Source: Patescibacteria group bacterium
Lineage (GTDB): Bacteria > Patescibacteriota > Minisyncoccia > Phycocordibacterales > 21-14-all-36-13
Length of the DNA stretch: 44,980 bases
NCBI GenBank assembly: GCA_018899555.1
Contig: JAHIHZ010000023.1
Location: 1 to 44,980 of the forward strand
Reading direction: 5' to 3'
In this document: positions 33,291 to 42,043 of the stretch, piece by piece
Layout: each line of letters opens with the position of its first letter
How positions within the stretch are numbered: the stretch's first letter is position 1
Notes under the pieces: generated by a model
The model's input: only the letters and a program-made list of their open reading frames with translations
Told to the model about the DNA's origin: nothing
The model's database searches: none
Made by a program: the position numbers and the translations under genes

Positions 33291-33488
33291 CCAAACCACA
33301 AATCCCAAATTACAAATAATATCTAAATTCTAATTTCTAATTTCTAATGCTTCAAACTTTTTTGAATTCCTGCCTGCCTGCCGGCAGGCAGGCAGGTTGT
33401 ATTTTGATAATTTGAATTTGTCCCATACCATTCGCTTCGCGAAGCTACGGGATAAATTTGTGATTTGGTGCTTGTAATTTGTGATTTC
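33291..33488. repeat. CACAAAT/ATTTGTG-family palindromic spacer with a central perfect 28-bp GC palindrome
   Basis: The left arm is ccaaaccacaaatcccaaattacaaata... The centre is cctgcctgcctgccggcaggcaggcagg (33369-33396). The right arm is aaatttgtgatttggtgcttgtaatttgtgatttc (33454-33488). Confidence 0.85.
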
Positions 33489-33505
33489 AAAAAATTGGTT
33501 TATGA

Positions 33506-34516
33506 TTATTTTAAACTCAAACCAATTTTGGTTCTAACTTCTTCCATTTTTTCTGAAATCTTTTTTTCTGCTTTCTTCCCACCGTTTTCAAGTACATCCA
33601 AAATATATTCTCTATTCTTTTGTATTTTTTCTCTCTCTTCTCTTATTGGTTTTATAAAATCTACCACATTTTTTAATAAAACTTCTTTTGATTCTTTGTA
33701 TCCTATTTTTCCATTCACATATCTATCTCTCAGGTCCTTTAATTCCTCGTCGGGACTGAAAAGTTTATGCAAATTAAATATATTACATTTTTCAGGTTCC
33801 TTTTTATCCTTTACATCTTTTGAATCCGTTACAATCCCCATTATTGCTTTATTCAATTCTTCATCTGTCGCAAATAATTCTATTGTATTTTGATAACTTT
33901 TGCTCATTTTTTGGCCGTCTGTTCCAATAATTGTTCCTATATTTTCAAAAATCATCGGCTCCGGCAATTTAAATGTTTTTCCAAAAATGTTATTAAATTT
34001 TTGAGCTATGTCTCGAGCAAATTCAACATGCTGTTTTTGGTCATTTCCGACCGGCACGACATCTGCACCCGGAAGCAAGATATCTGCGGCCATAAGTATT
34101 GGATAGCCAAATACCCCGACATTTATTTCTTTATTTTTTGCTTCAGCGTCTTTGAACGCGTGGGCTCTCATAAGAAATGGCATTGTGGTTATACAATTAA
34201 ATATCCACGCCATTTCAGAAACTTGAGGAATATCTGATTGTTTGTACAAAACTACTTTTTCGGGATTGAGCCCGATGGCCAAATAATCAACGGCTATATT
34301 ATATATATAATTATTCATTTGCTCCTTATTTTGAACAATTGTCAGCGCGTGCAAATCAGCAATAAAAATATATGATTCATAATCATCTTGAAGAGCCACA
34401 AATTGTTTCATTGCTCCAAAATAATTACCTATATGTGGATGACCAGAGGGCTTTACACCCGAAAGAAGTATTTTTCTTGTCTCGAGCTTGTCGAGAGATT
34501 TGTTTTCTTTATCCAT
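33506..34516 (-). CDS. trpS: Tryptophan--tRNA ligase
   Basis: SGVKPSGHPHIGNYFGA carries the HIGH motif and GQKMSKSYQN the KMSKS motif. The product is 336 aa. Confidence 0.96.
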   Translation of the reverse strand: MDKENKSLDKLETRKILLSGVKPSGHPHIGNYFGAMKQFVALQDDYESYIFIADLHALTIVQNKEQMNNYIYNIAVDYLAIGLNPEKVVLYKQSDIPQVSEMAWIFNCITTMPFLMRAHAFKDAEAKNKEINVGVFGYPILMAADILLPGADVVPVGNDQKQHVEFARDIAQKFNNIFGKTFKLPEPMIFENIGTIIGTDGQKMSKSYQNTIELFATDEELNKAIMGIVTDSKDVKDKKEPEKCNIFNLHKLFSPDEELKDLRDRYVNGKIGYKESKEVLLKNVVDFIKPIREEREKIQKNREYILDVLENGGKKAEKKISEKMEEVRTKIGLSLK

Positions 34517-34539
34517 ATTTTTTTAAAAAATTCACTAAA

Positions 34540-34782
34540 TTCCAAACCACAAATTCCAAATTACAAACAATTTCTAAATTCTAATTTCAAATGTTCTAAC
34601 TTTGAAACTTCTAACTTTAAAAGCTCTAAATGAGCTTTTAAAGAATCGTGCTAGATTTTTAATTCATAATATCGAAGTTTCAAAGAGTCGTGCCAGTTTT
34701 TGAATCTGTTTTCTTTTTTTTGAATTTTGTATTTTGGTTATTCTAATTTGTTTGTAATTCGGTGCTTGTAATTTGGTATTTT
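34540..34782. repeat. CACAAAT/ATTTGTG-family palindromic spacer (trpS|glyQS)
   Basis: The left arm ttccaaaccacaaattccaaattacaaacaatttctaaattctaatttc is about 90 percent identical to 33291-33340. The central hairpin is ttaaaagctc taaat gagcttttaa. The right arm is tctaatttgtttgtaattcggtgcttgtaatttggtatttt. Confidence 0.85.
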
Positions 34783-36082
34783 ACAATTTCTGATTGAAGT
34801 ATTCTTTCAAATCAGAAATTGGTATCCTATCTTGTTTCATACTATCTCTCTCTCTCACCGTCACCTTTTTATCATTAACAGATTCAAAATCTATTGTGAC
34901 GCAATAAGGAGTTCCTATCTCATCCTGTCTTCTGTATCTTTTCCCTATTGACTGTGTTTCATCATACATACAAATCCATTTGTTTTTTAAATTTTCAAAT
35001 ATTTTTTTAGAGATCTTCTGCAGTTCTGATTTTTTTGAAAGTGGCAATACGGCAATTTTTATCGGCGCAATTTCCTTCTTAAATTTAAACAATGCTCTTA
35101 CTTCACCATTCACATCTTCTTCTGTGTAAGAATCACAAAGCAGGGCTAATATAGTTCTATCAACCCCCAAACTTGGCTCTATAACATGAGGAACAATCTT
35201 TTCATTTTTCTCTTGGTCATAATATTCAAGTGGAACATTGCTATTTGCGGTATGGTTTTTTAAATCAAAATCTGTCCTGTACGCAAGACCGTATAATTCA
35301 CTTCTCCCAAACGGATAGTCATATTCAAAATCAATAGTTCTTTTGGAATAATGAGCCAATTCTTCTTTAGGAACTTCATGTTCGTGAACATTTTTTTTAT
35401 TTAAACCTATTTCATTTATCCACTCGCGCATCTCTTTTACCCACTCTTCAAAACTCTTCTTCCATTTTTTTTCATAAACAAAATATTCTATTTCCATTTG
35501 TTCAAACTCGCGAGTTCTAAATATAAAATCACGAGGCGCGATTTCGTTTCTAAATGCTTTTCCTATCTGCGCAATGCCAAAAGGAAGTTGTGGATGGAAT
35601 GAATCAATTATATTTTTAAAATTAACAAAAATCCCCTGCGCTGTTTCAGGGCGTAAATAGGATATTGAATTTTTATTTTCAACTGCGCCGACATTTGTTT
35701 TAAACATCATGTTAAATTGTTTTTCTTCACCTAATTCTCCCCCACATTCCGGACATTTTTTTTCTTTTAATTCATCTATTTTGTAACGTTTCTTACACTT
35801 CCCACATTCGGCAAGAGGGTCGGAAAAACCATCTGTATGACCGCTTGCTTCCCATACGCCCTGATTCATTAAAATGGCGGCATCCAAGCCGAAAATATCG
35901 CCTCTATTTCGCACAAAACGGCTCCACCAAAGGTTTTTTATGTTATTTTTGAGTTCTACCCCTAATGGGCCATAATCCCATGTTCCCGCAAGCCCACCAT
36001 ATATTTCTGAACCTTGATATATAAAACCGCGCCTCTTTGCGAGAGATATTATTTTGTCTAATTTAGAACCGCTATTTTCCAT
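34781..36082 (-). CDS. glyQS: Glycine--tRNA ligase, homodimeric (GlyQS) type
   Basis: RRGFIYQGSEIYGGLAGTWDYGPLGVELKNNIK is present, with class II motifs. The product is 433 aa. Confidence 0.95.
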   Translation of the reverse strand: MENSGSKLDKIISLAKRRGFIYQGSEIYGGLAGTWDYGPLGVELKNNIKNLWWSRFVRNRGDIFGLDAAILMNQGVWEASGHTDGFSDPLAECGKCKKRYKIDELKEKKCPECGGELGEEKQFNMMFKTNVGAVENKNSISYLRPETAQGIFVNFKNIIDSFHPQLPFGIAQIGKAFRNEIAPRDFIFRTREFEQMEIEYFVYEKKWKKSFEEWVKEMREWINEIGLNKKNVHEHEVPKEELAHYSKRTIDFEYDYPFGRSELYGLAYRTDFDLKNHTANSNVPLEYYDQEKNEKIVPHVIEPSLGVDRTILALLCDSYTEEDVNGEVRALFKFKKEIAPIKIAVLPLSKKSELQKISKKIFENLKNKWICMYDETQSIGKRYRRQDEIGTPYCVTIDFESVNDKKVTVRERDSMKQDRIPISDLKEYFNQKL

Positions 36083-36227
36083 ATAATTTTATATTCTAAT
36101 TATTTTACATCTATTTAAAACTACCACTTCTCGCCCTGTGAGATGTTTTAATAGCATATTCTATGAGATAAATAATAACAAAAGATTCAACTGTTGTATA
36201 TAACATTATATGGAAAATTTAAATTAC

Positions 36228-36255
36228 TTGACATCTCTATAAAAAGGTTTATTAT
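36228..36255 (+). promoter_or_regulatory. Sigma70-type promoter for the 36314 ORF
   Basis: TTGACA is at 36228-36233, followed by a 16-nt spacer and TATTAT at 36250-36255. Confidence 0.5.
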
Positions 36256-36313
36256 CCAAGACAAGACAAAGTTCTTTTAGAAAATAAATTTTTAAAATAA
36301 AAAAGGAGAAGAA

Positions 36314-36574
36314 ATGAAAATAAAAGAAGCAATACGGATGGGAAGAAAACTTCGTAGATTACTTTGGGAAAAATGGAATAATTTTCCTGAAGTTATTCAA
36401 AAAAAGGGTCGAGCATCCCGCGAAACTCGTATTAAGGTATTGAGAGATTTAACTCCGGATTGGGCAAAAGAGATTGCCTTATTGACATACAAGGATTTTC
36501 GGAAAAAGAGAGTTTTTTGGACCAGAAATTTGGGATATCTTATTGGGTTGGAATTTACTAGACCCATTCTCTAA
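36314..36574 (+). CDS. Hypothetical basic protein (86 aa)
   Basis: An AAGGAG RBS is present, and a terminator-like hairpin and T-run follow at about 36594-36630. No recognisable motif was found. Confidence 0.55.
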   Translation: MKIKEAIRMGRKLRRLLWEKWNNFPEVIQKKGRASRETRIKVLRDLTPDWAKEIALLTYKDFRKKRVFWTRNLGYLIGLEFTRPIL

Positions 36575-36954
36575 AACTTTAATTTTTTATTTTCAACCCC
36601 CCCCTGCTAGCAAGGAGGGGTTTTTATTTTTTTCATATCCTATTCTGTCATTCCGCAGAATACCAGAATAGGATATAAGTGATTTAATTTTTTGAAAAAA
36701 GTGAGTTTAATCATTTGGCAAACGCTATATGTCTTAGCCTATATACACTACAATTAATTTAATTATTAGATAATTTTTATCAAATAAGCCCGCCTGTGGC
36801 AAACCTTATAGAGAAACATACATTTTTGAAAAATATTTTCAAATTACCTCTCAACATTTTTGTTCGCATCATAAAATGATACCCCCATTTTAAAAGAGGC
36901 GTGTAATGCGCCTCTTTTTATTTTAGTGATATAATAATACTGTATATTTTAATC

Positions 36955-37233
36955 ATGGCCATAAAAGAAAAAACAAAAATAAGAAACCCAGTTTGCGCGA
37001 TTCTTTGGATGGATGCCACTTACACAACAGAAAAGGAATTGCCAAAAGAACTCCCACAGGCACAACTCACGGTTGGTTTTATCATTTCCACAAACAAGAA
37101 ATTCACAAATATTGCGATGAATGTAAAATATGATCCTGTTACAAGGCGTCTTTGGCCAGTTGATGGTTTAATTATTCCGCGAAAGGCAAAAATAAAATTT
37201 ATAAAACTCGCCTATCTTAATGGAAAAATATAA
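36955..37233 (+). CDS. Hypothetical protein (92 aa), first of a tandem paralogue pair
   Basis: It shares W.DA...KYDPV...IP...I..I.K with the next ORF. A TATAAT box lies 21 nt upstream, and there is no SD. Confidence 0.5.
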   Translation: MAIKEKTKIRNPVCAILWMDATYTTEKELPKELPQAQLTVGFIISTNKKFTNIAMNVKYDPVTRRLWPVDGLIIPRKAKIKFIKLAYLNGKI

Positions 37234-37510
37234 AAAAGGAGATAATATTGTTGTTTATTGGAATGATGCCGTGATTTATGGTAAAGAGAATTTTGCTTAT
37301 TCAAAAAAATTAAAACCCGCAAAAATTACTACCAAAGGGAACCTTGTTGAAAAAAACAAAGAATTTGTAATTATAGAATCACCAAAAATTTTTAAATATG
37401 ATCCAGTTCAATAAAAAAATATACCCAGATTATTAGCGTCGGGAGAGAAGATAACTTTTTACTTTATTCCCATAGGGATGATTGAGAAAATAGAAAAGAA
37501 ATCATTATAA
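37220..37510 (+). pseudogene. Second paralogue, interrupted by an in-frame TAA at 37412-37414 (the listed ORF is 37220..37414)
   Basis: Reading through the TAA gives ...KIFKYDPVQ*KNIPRLLASGEKITFYFIPIGMIEKIEKKSL. This restores the paralogue's length (96 vs 92 aa) and its C-terminal IP...I..I.K pattern. Confidence 0.45.
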
Positions 37511-37577
37511 GACTTGCAAACTTTATTAAGGGTTTTATTTTCTGGGAAATAGAGAACCCCACTATTTTATTATTTCA

Positions 37578-37625
37578 AAAAAGCTATTCTAATGTTCTTA
37601 AGAACATTAGAATAGCTTTTTTTGT
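37578..37625 (+). terminator. Strong rho-independent terminator
   Basis: The sequence is aaaaaagctattctaatgttc ttaa gaacattagaatagcttttttt. Confidence 0.85.
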
Positions 37626-37744
37626 TATTTATGGATTCAAAACGGGGGATTAAAAAGCCCATTAGGAGGTTAAGAAAAAAGACATTATGAATTGAAAACC
37701 TCATTTAGAGCTTAGGAAAAAGACATTATGGATTGAAAACCTCA

Positions 37745-39367
37745 TTAAGAGGTTTTCAATTCCACATAAAACTCTGCGCCTTTGCCTTCCCCGTCTGATT
37801 CCGCCCACACCCTGCCTCCATGCGCCTCCATAAATTTTTTAACTATATATAATCCAAGTCCCGTTCCTTTCACATTAACTTTATTTGCGTTGCCAGCTCT
37901 TTTAAATAATGTAAATAATCCGGATAATTCTTTTTTGGGTATTCCAACCCCGCTATCGGAAAGTTTAAATAGTATTTTATTTTCATTTACCCTTTTTAGC
38001 TCCAACTTGAGCCAGCCATATTTTGTATATTTTAGTCCGTTGTCTATTAGGTTTGTTATTACTTGTTTAAATTTGCCCACATCAACTTTTGCGTTGTATT
38101 CTGCCGATTTATCATAATTGAAAGAAAATTCTAAACACGACTCATCTATTGACGGTTTCATTTCGTTTATAACATGAAACACAAGTTCATCTATCTTTGC
38201 TATTTCAAATTTATACTCCATTCTTCCCTGCTCTATCCGCGACACATCTAAAAAATTCTCAACTATCAACGCAAGGCTGTTTGTAGAATCAAACATATTC
38301 TTGATTGGTTGCTTTATTTTCTCCTCCATTTTTCCATAAGAGCCCTCTATTATTAATGAGGCGTATCCTTTTATAGCGGAAAGCGGACTTCTAAATTGGT
38401 GGGAAGCTATAGACAAAAACTCCGACTTTTGCCTATCCAACTCTTTCAATTTTACATTTGCGTCTTCCAATTTTACATTTGTATTCTCTAAATCCTTTGC
38501 AAGTATTTCTATTTTTTCTCTTGTTTCAACCTCCTTTATAACGCTTCTTATTAACAGAATTCCTGCAACTATAACAACCAACAATATAATTCCATTTATG
38601 ATTTGGTCTTCAAGACTTGTAGCCAATATTGTTCTTAAAAGAATAAATATCCAGAGAGCAAATGTTAATATTTCCGTTGCAATAACTTTTACATTGAATA
38701 AGTGATGTTTTATTATTGCGTACCCTAGTGATACAACTAAAATTAAAGTGAAAGGTGGTCCTAACCAGATTAAACTATAGTCTTTCCAAGGCAGAAATAA
38801 ATTGAATACCATTCCTAAAACATAAGAAATCGTTGTGCCAAAAAATATAAACTTGAATTGAAGTTTTGCTAATTTCTCACCAGCTTTTTTATAAGAATTG
38901 ATTAAATTATAGTAGGCCAAAAAAACAAAAAATAGGAAATATGCTACATACCCCAAATACATCTCCTTATTTAAAATTACTCCTTTTGTTCCGTCTTCAA
39001 AAAAGAAAATTTCTTTTAAAAGAAGATTTTTATCAAATAAAAAAGCCCCGATTATTACAATCATTGGAATTAATGATATTAGGATTTTTTTTGAAAATTC
39101 CTTACTCGAATTGAAGTATATGGTAAATAAAAAAAATAGCGTTGGAATTATGGCGGCAGATATATAATAAATGTCCGCATATATTAGTGCATCACCTAAA
39201 TCTTTTGTAGATATAAAAAATCCTAAAAAAAGAGCCCAAGAGGCAACAGATAATATTATCAACGAAAACAAAACATTTGTTTTTGTTTTGCCTCTCCCCA
39301 AAATAAAATAACTAAAAAAAGCATTTAAAACAGCAATTATAAATAACAAAACAATTTGATAATTCAT
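37745..39367 (-). CDS. Sensor histidine kinase with a multi-TM N-terminal domain
   Basis: The N-terminal half has several TM helices (about 6-7). The H-box is SHQFRSPLSAIKGY. The N (DNGLKYT), G1 (SDSGVGI) and G2 (GTGLGLYI) boxes are present. Confidence 0.9.
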   Translation of the reverse strand: MNYQIVLLFIIAVLNAFFSYFILGRGKTKTNVLFSLIILSVASWALFLGFFISTKDLGDALIYADIYYISAAIIPTLFFLFTIYFNSSKEFSKKILISLIPMIVIIGAFLFDKNLLLKEIFFFEDGTKGVILNKEMYLGYVAYFLFFVFLAYYNLINSYKKAGEKLAKLQFKFIFFGTTISYVLGMVFNLFLPWKDYSLIWLGPPFTLILVVSLGYAIIKHHLFNVKVIATEILTFALWIFILLRTILATSLEDQIINGIILLVVIVAGILLIRSVIKEVETREKIEILAKDLENTNVKLEDANVKLKELDRQKSEFLSIASHQFRSPLSAIKGYASLIIEGSYGKMEEKIKQPIKNMFDSTNSLALIVENFLDVSRIEQGRMEYKFEIAKIDELVFHVINEMKPSIDESCLEFSFNYDKSAEYNAKVDVGKFKQVITNLIDNGLKYTKYGWLKLELKRVNENKILFKLSDSGVGIPKKELSGLFTLFKRAGNANKVNVKGTGLGLYIVKKFMEAHGGRVWAESDGEGKGAEFYVELKTS

Positions 39368-39368
39368 A

Positions 39369-40244
39369 TTATTTTTTAACTATCATAACGAGGTGAATTT
39401 TTAATGGCTCAAAAAATATTTTTATGTTTTCTTCTTTAAAACCAGCCCTTTTTGCTAATTCCCAAATAACTTCAGGTTCCCTATAAATCATTTTCCAACC
39501 AACGACATTTGTAACAAATTTTCTCTCATTATTATCAACTATATTAGCGGTTATAAAAGTTCCACCAGTTTGCATATTATCATATATTATTTTAAATATA
39601 TCTTGAACCTTTTCATCATTAAAATAATCTAATAAACCAACCATTTCTATTATATTCGGCTTGTTTTCATCGTGAAAATATTTTGGAAAATTACTTGCCG
39701 TATCCTCAAGCCATCTTGTAAAAAACTTATTCGGCAAAGAAATCGCTAATTTTTTACTATATTCTAGTGCCTCTTTGCTTTTATCTAAAAATGATATTGA
39801 TACATCAACTGATTCCGGAACATTAATTTGTGCGAATGATTCTACAATCGCTCGGGCAGAACCTGAAGCTATACTTAATAAATTTATATTTTCACTTTTT
39901 TCAATTAAATTATTAACCGTTTTTCTTAATTCATTTTCTACTATCATTAATCTGTTTCTTACGGCCTTGGCATTATTTCTTGTCAGCCAAATCCATCTAA
40001 AAAATGCCTGTAATAAATTTTTAGACCTATACATTTTCCCATGTCCATATAAAATTTCTAGGGCATTATAACTTGTTGCTGTTTCTATAATTTTATCTGC
40101 TGCCTTATGTGTTTTTTTAATACCAGGTTGAAAAGATTTGGGTAAATTATTCAATATAGGTATGAAAAAAGAATCAAAAACTATTTTTGGAAAGTTGTTT
40201 GTTTCAAACTTTATATTTTTATCCTTATATATCTCGGCTATCAT
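39369..40244 (-). CDS. Class I SAM-dependent methyltransferase-like protein
   Basis: LLSIASGSARAIVE is a motif I-like G-rich loop. ...IEMVGLLDYF...GGTFITANIV follows. The stop is 1 nt from the kinase start. Confidence 0.6.
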   Translation of the reverse strand: MIAEIYKDKNIKFETNNFPKIVFDSFFIPILNNLPKSFQPGIKKTHKAADKIIETATSYNALEILYGHGKMYRSKNLLQAFFRWIWLTRNNAKAVRNRLMIVENELRKTVNNLIEKSENINLLSIASGSARAIVESFAQINVPESVDVSISFLDKSKEALEYSKKLAISLPNKFFTRWLEDTASNFPKYFHDENKPNIIEMVGLLDYFNDEKVQDIFKIIYDNMQTGGTFITANIVDNNERKFVTNVVGWKMIYREPEVIWELAKRAGFKEENIKIFFEPLKIHLVMIVKK

Positions 40245-40258
40245 TTTTTATTTATTTT

Positions 40259-40325
40259 AATTATACCAAAAAATGAGATGGTTTGGAAAGAAAAATTGAA
40301 AAAATTGACATGGTTTCAAATTGGT
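40259..40325 (+). repeat. Promoter-bearing direct repeat, copy A
   Basis: aattataccaaaaaatgagatggtttggaaagaaaaattgaaaaaattgacatggtttcaaa is about 90 percent identical to 41627-41720, which carries a 24-bp insertion. It contains TTGACA (40305-40310) and, 16 nt on, TATTAT (40327-40332). Confidence 0.85.
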
Positions 40326-40403
40326 ATATTATGTAATTAAACATTAGTTCATTAAGCCACACCTTAAAATGTGGAAAACCAAAACAAATAGAAGAGGCAC
40401 AAA

Positions 40404-40472
40404 ATGGGCAAAAAACCAAGACCGAGGCCGGTACCGTGGCCATATCCAAAACCCCATCCACCGGGTGGATGA
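40404..40472 (+). CDS. 22-codon proline-rich micro-ORF (MGKKPRPRPVPWPYPKPHPPGG)
   Basis: It has its own promoter (40305-40332). AGAGG lies 6 nt upstream of the ATG. Nine of 22 codons are CCN, which explains a sharp local GC spike. A plus-strand terminator follows (ataactcg..cgggttat + TTTTTT, about 40483-40520). Confidence 0.4.
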   Translation: MGKKPRPRPVPWPYPKPHPPGG

Positions 40473-40522
40473 AAAATCAAAATAACTCGTGTTATCAAAA
40501 ATCCGCGGGTTATTTTTTATAT

Positions 40523-41464
40523 TTAAGAAGTAATTGCACTAACAACAATTTCAAAATAATTTTTGTCTATGGTTTTATTATTTTTTATATAGTTTTGTAA
40601 TGTTGGGGCAAGCGCCATACCAACTTTTTTTCTTAAATGTTCAAATTCTATTACATCTGTTTTTGTCGGCAATTTACCAAAATATTTTCTATAAAAATAA
40701 CCCTCTGGGGTAATACTTGTAATAATCATTTCTTCTATTAAGTCAATTTTTGTTAGTTCATATTTTGTGATAATTTTGTTTAAAGATTTATTACTTTTTA
40801 AATTATCACAAAATTTCTTGAAGTCAGTATATATAGGAGATTTTTTAAAAAGATCGTGGCTTATTTCGTGTAATAAAATCCCACCAAAAATATATTTTAA
40901 ATTTTTAATTGGGCAATCAGATATTTCCAACGAAATATTGTTATCTCCCCAATACCAGCCAGCACAGTCGTCCAGAGATTTGTTATTTAAAGAAAGAAAT
41001 ACTTTGTATGAATTTTCTTTGATATTTTCTTTATTTTCTAAATTAAAAAGATTTAACAAAATTTTTTTATATTTTTTCTCTTTAGATATATATTCCAATT
41101 TTTTCTTTCTCTCTACTAACTTTAATCTTTCCTTTTTATATATTTCTTCAAAAACAGGTTTAAGGTTGGCTAATATTTGATTAATCTGCTGAAATTCTTG
41201 CGCAGTTAAAAGTTTTTTTAATTCTTTTTGCAGATTTTCCCCAGAATTTTCAAAATAAAAAATATATGATAAATCAGGATAATATTTTATATAAATTTTA
41301 GAAAAAATTTTTAATAAATTTTTTTGTTGATTTGTAAGAATATCAATCTTTTTTAAAAAATTATTTTTTCTATTATGAAAATATAAAGACGAACCCTGCC
41401 CAGAGATGTCAGTTAGAAAAGAAAATAGTAGAGCCGTGTGATTAAAGAAAAATTTATAATTCAT
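40523..41464 (-). CDS. Hypothetical protein with an HExxH zinc-metallopeptidase motif
   Basis: The 313-aa product carries GGILLHEISHDLF. There is no signal peptide. The family was not recognised beyond the motif. Confidence 0.5.
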   Translation of the reverse strand: MNYKFFFNHTALLFSFLTDISGQGSSLYFHNRKNNFLKKIDILTNQQKNLLKIFSKIYIKYYPDLSYIFYFENSGENLQKELKKLLTAQEFQQINQILANLKPVFEEIYKKERLKLVERKKKLEYISKEKKYKKILLNLFNLENKENIKENSYKVFLSLNNKSLDDCAGWYWGDNNISLEISDCPIKNLKYIFGGILLHEISHDLFKKSPIYTDFKKFCDNLKSNKSLNKIITKYELTKIDLIEEMIITSITPEGYFYRKYFGKLPTKTDVIEFEHLRKKVGMALAPTLQNYIKNNKTIDKNYFEIVVSAITS

Positions 41465-41626
41465 AGGAATTTAAGAAATGGAAATTTTTTTAGAGTATCT
41501 GAATTATCCCTTGGATGGACCAACCACACAAAATCTACTGGTTTAATAAAATACTTAACAAATTTCTTCGGAATAAATTTGATAAGTAAATCCCTAAAAA
41601 TCCTCAAAATCGATTTCATACATTGC

Positions 41627-41720
41627 AATTATACCAAAAAATAAGATGATTTGAAAAGAAAAATTGAAAATAGAAAACAAAAAACTACACAATAAAATTG
41701 ACATAGTTTCAAACAGTCGT
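41627..41720 (+). repeat. Promoter-bearing direct repeat, copy B
   Basis: The sequence is aattataccaaaaaataagatgatttgaaaagaaaaattgaaaa[24-bp insert]aaattgacatagtttcaaa. TTGACA is at 41698-41703, followed by a 16-nt spacer and TACTAT at 41720-41725, upstream of the 41777 operon. Confidence 0.85.
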
Positions 41721-41776
41721 ACTATTTATTGTACGGGCAGAGAATTTTTTCTAGAAATATGATATAATATAAAAAT

Positions 41777-42043
41777 ATGATTCCAGAATTTGTGCGCCCT
41801 TTTTTATGGTCTTATGATATATCTAAGATGAATTTAAAGAGAGACAAAAAAAGAATTATTACTAACATTTTGAATTTTGGAACAACCAAAGCAACAGATT
41901 GGCTTTTTAGTATTTATGACAAAAATGATATAAAGGAAAATGTAAAAAACCCAATGCCGGGCGAGTGGAGTGAAAAATCTCTAAATTTTTGGAGTATTGT
42001 TCTTAATGTGGAGTCGAAGATTGAAGGAAGAAAAATAAAATGA
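41777..42043 (+). CDS. Small protein upstream of the AbiEii-like gene (putative antitoxin partner)
   Basis: The 88-aa ORF has an ATGA overlap with the downstream nucleotidyltransferase ORF. FLWSYDISKMNLKRDKKRIITNILNFGTTKATDWLFSIY is present. The role is inferred from position only. Confidence 0.4.
   Translation: MIPEFVRPFLWSYDISKMNLKRDKKRIITNILNFGTTKATDWLFSIYDKNDIKENVKNPMPGEWSEKSLNFWSIVLNVESKIEGRKIK

Noticed and set aside
40261-40461. 66-aa minus-strand ORF overlapping the proline-rich micro-gene
   Set aside because: It has no RBS and runs antisense through a promoter repeat and an AT-rich spacer. Its composition looks non-protein-like. The + strand micro-ORF with a promoter, SD and terminator explains the GC island better.
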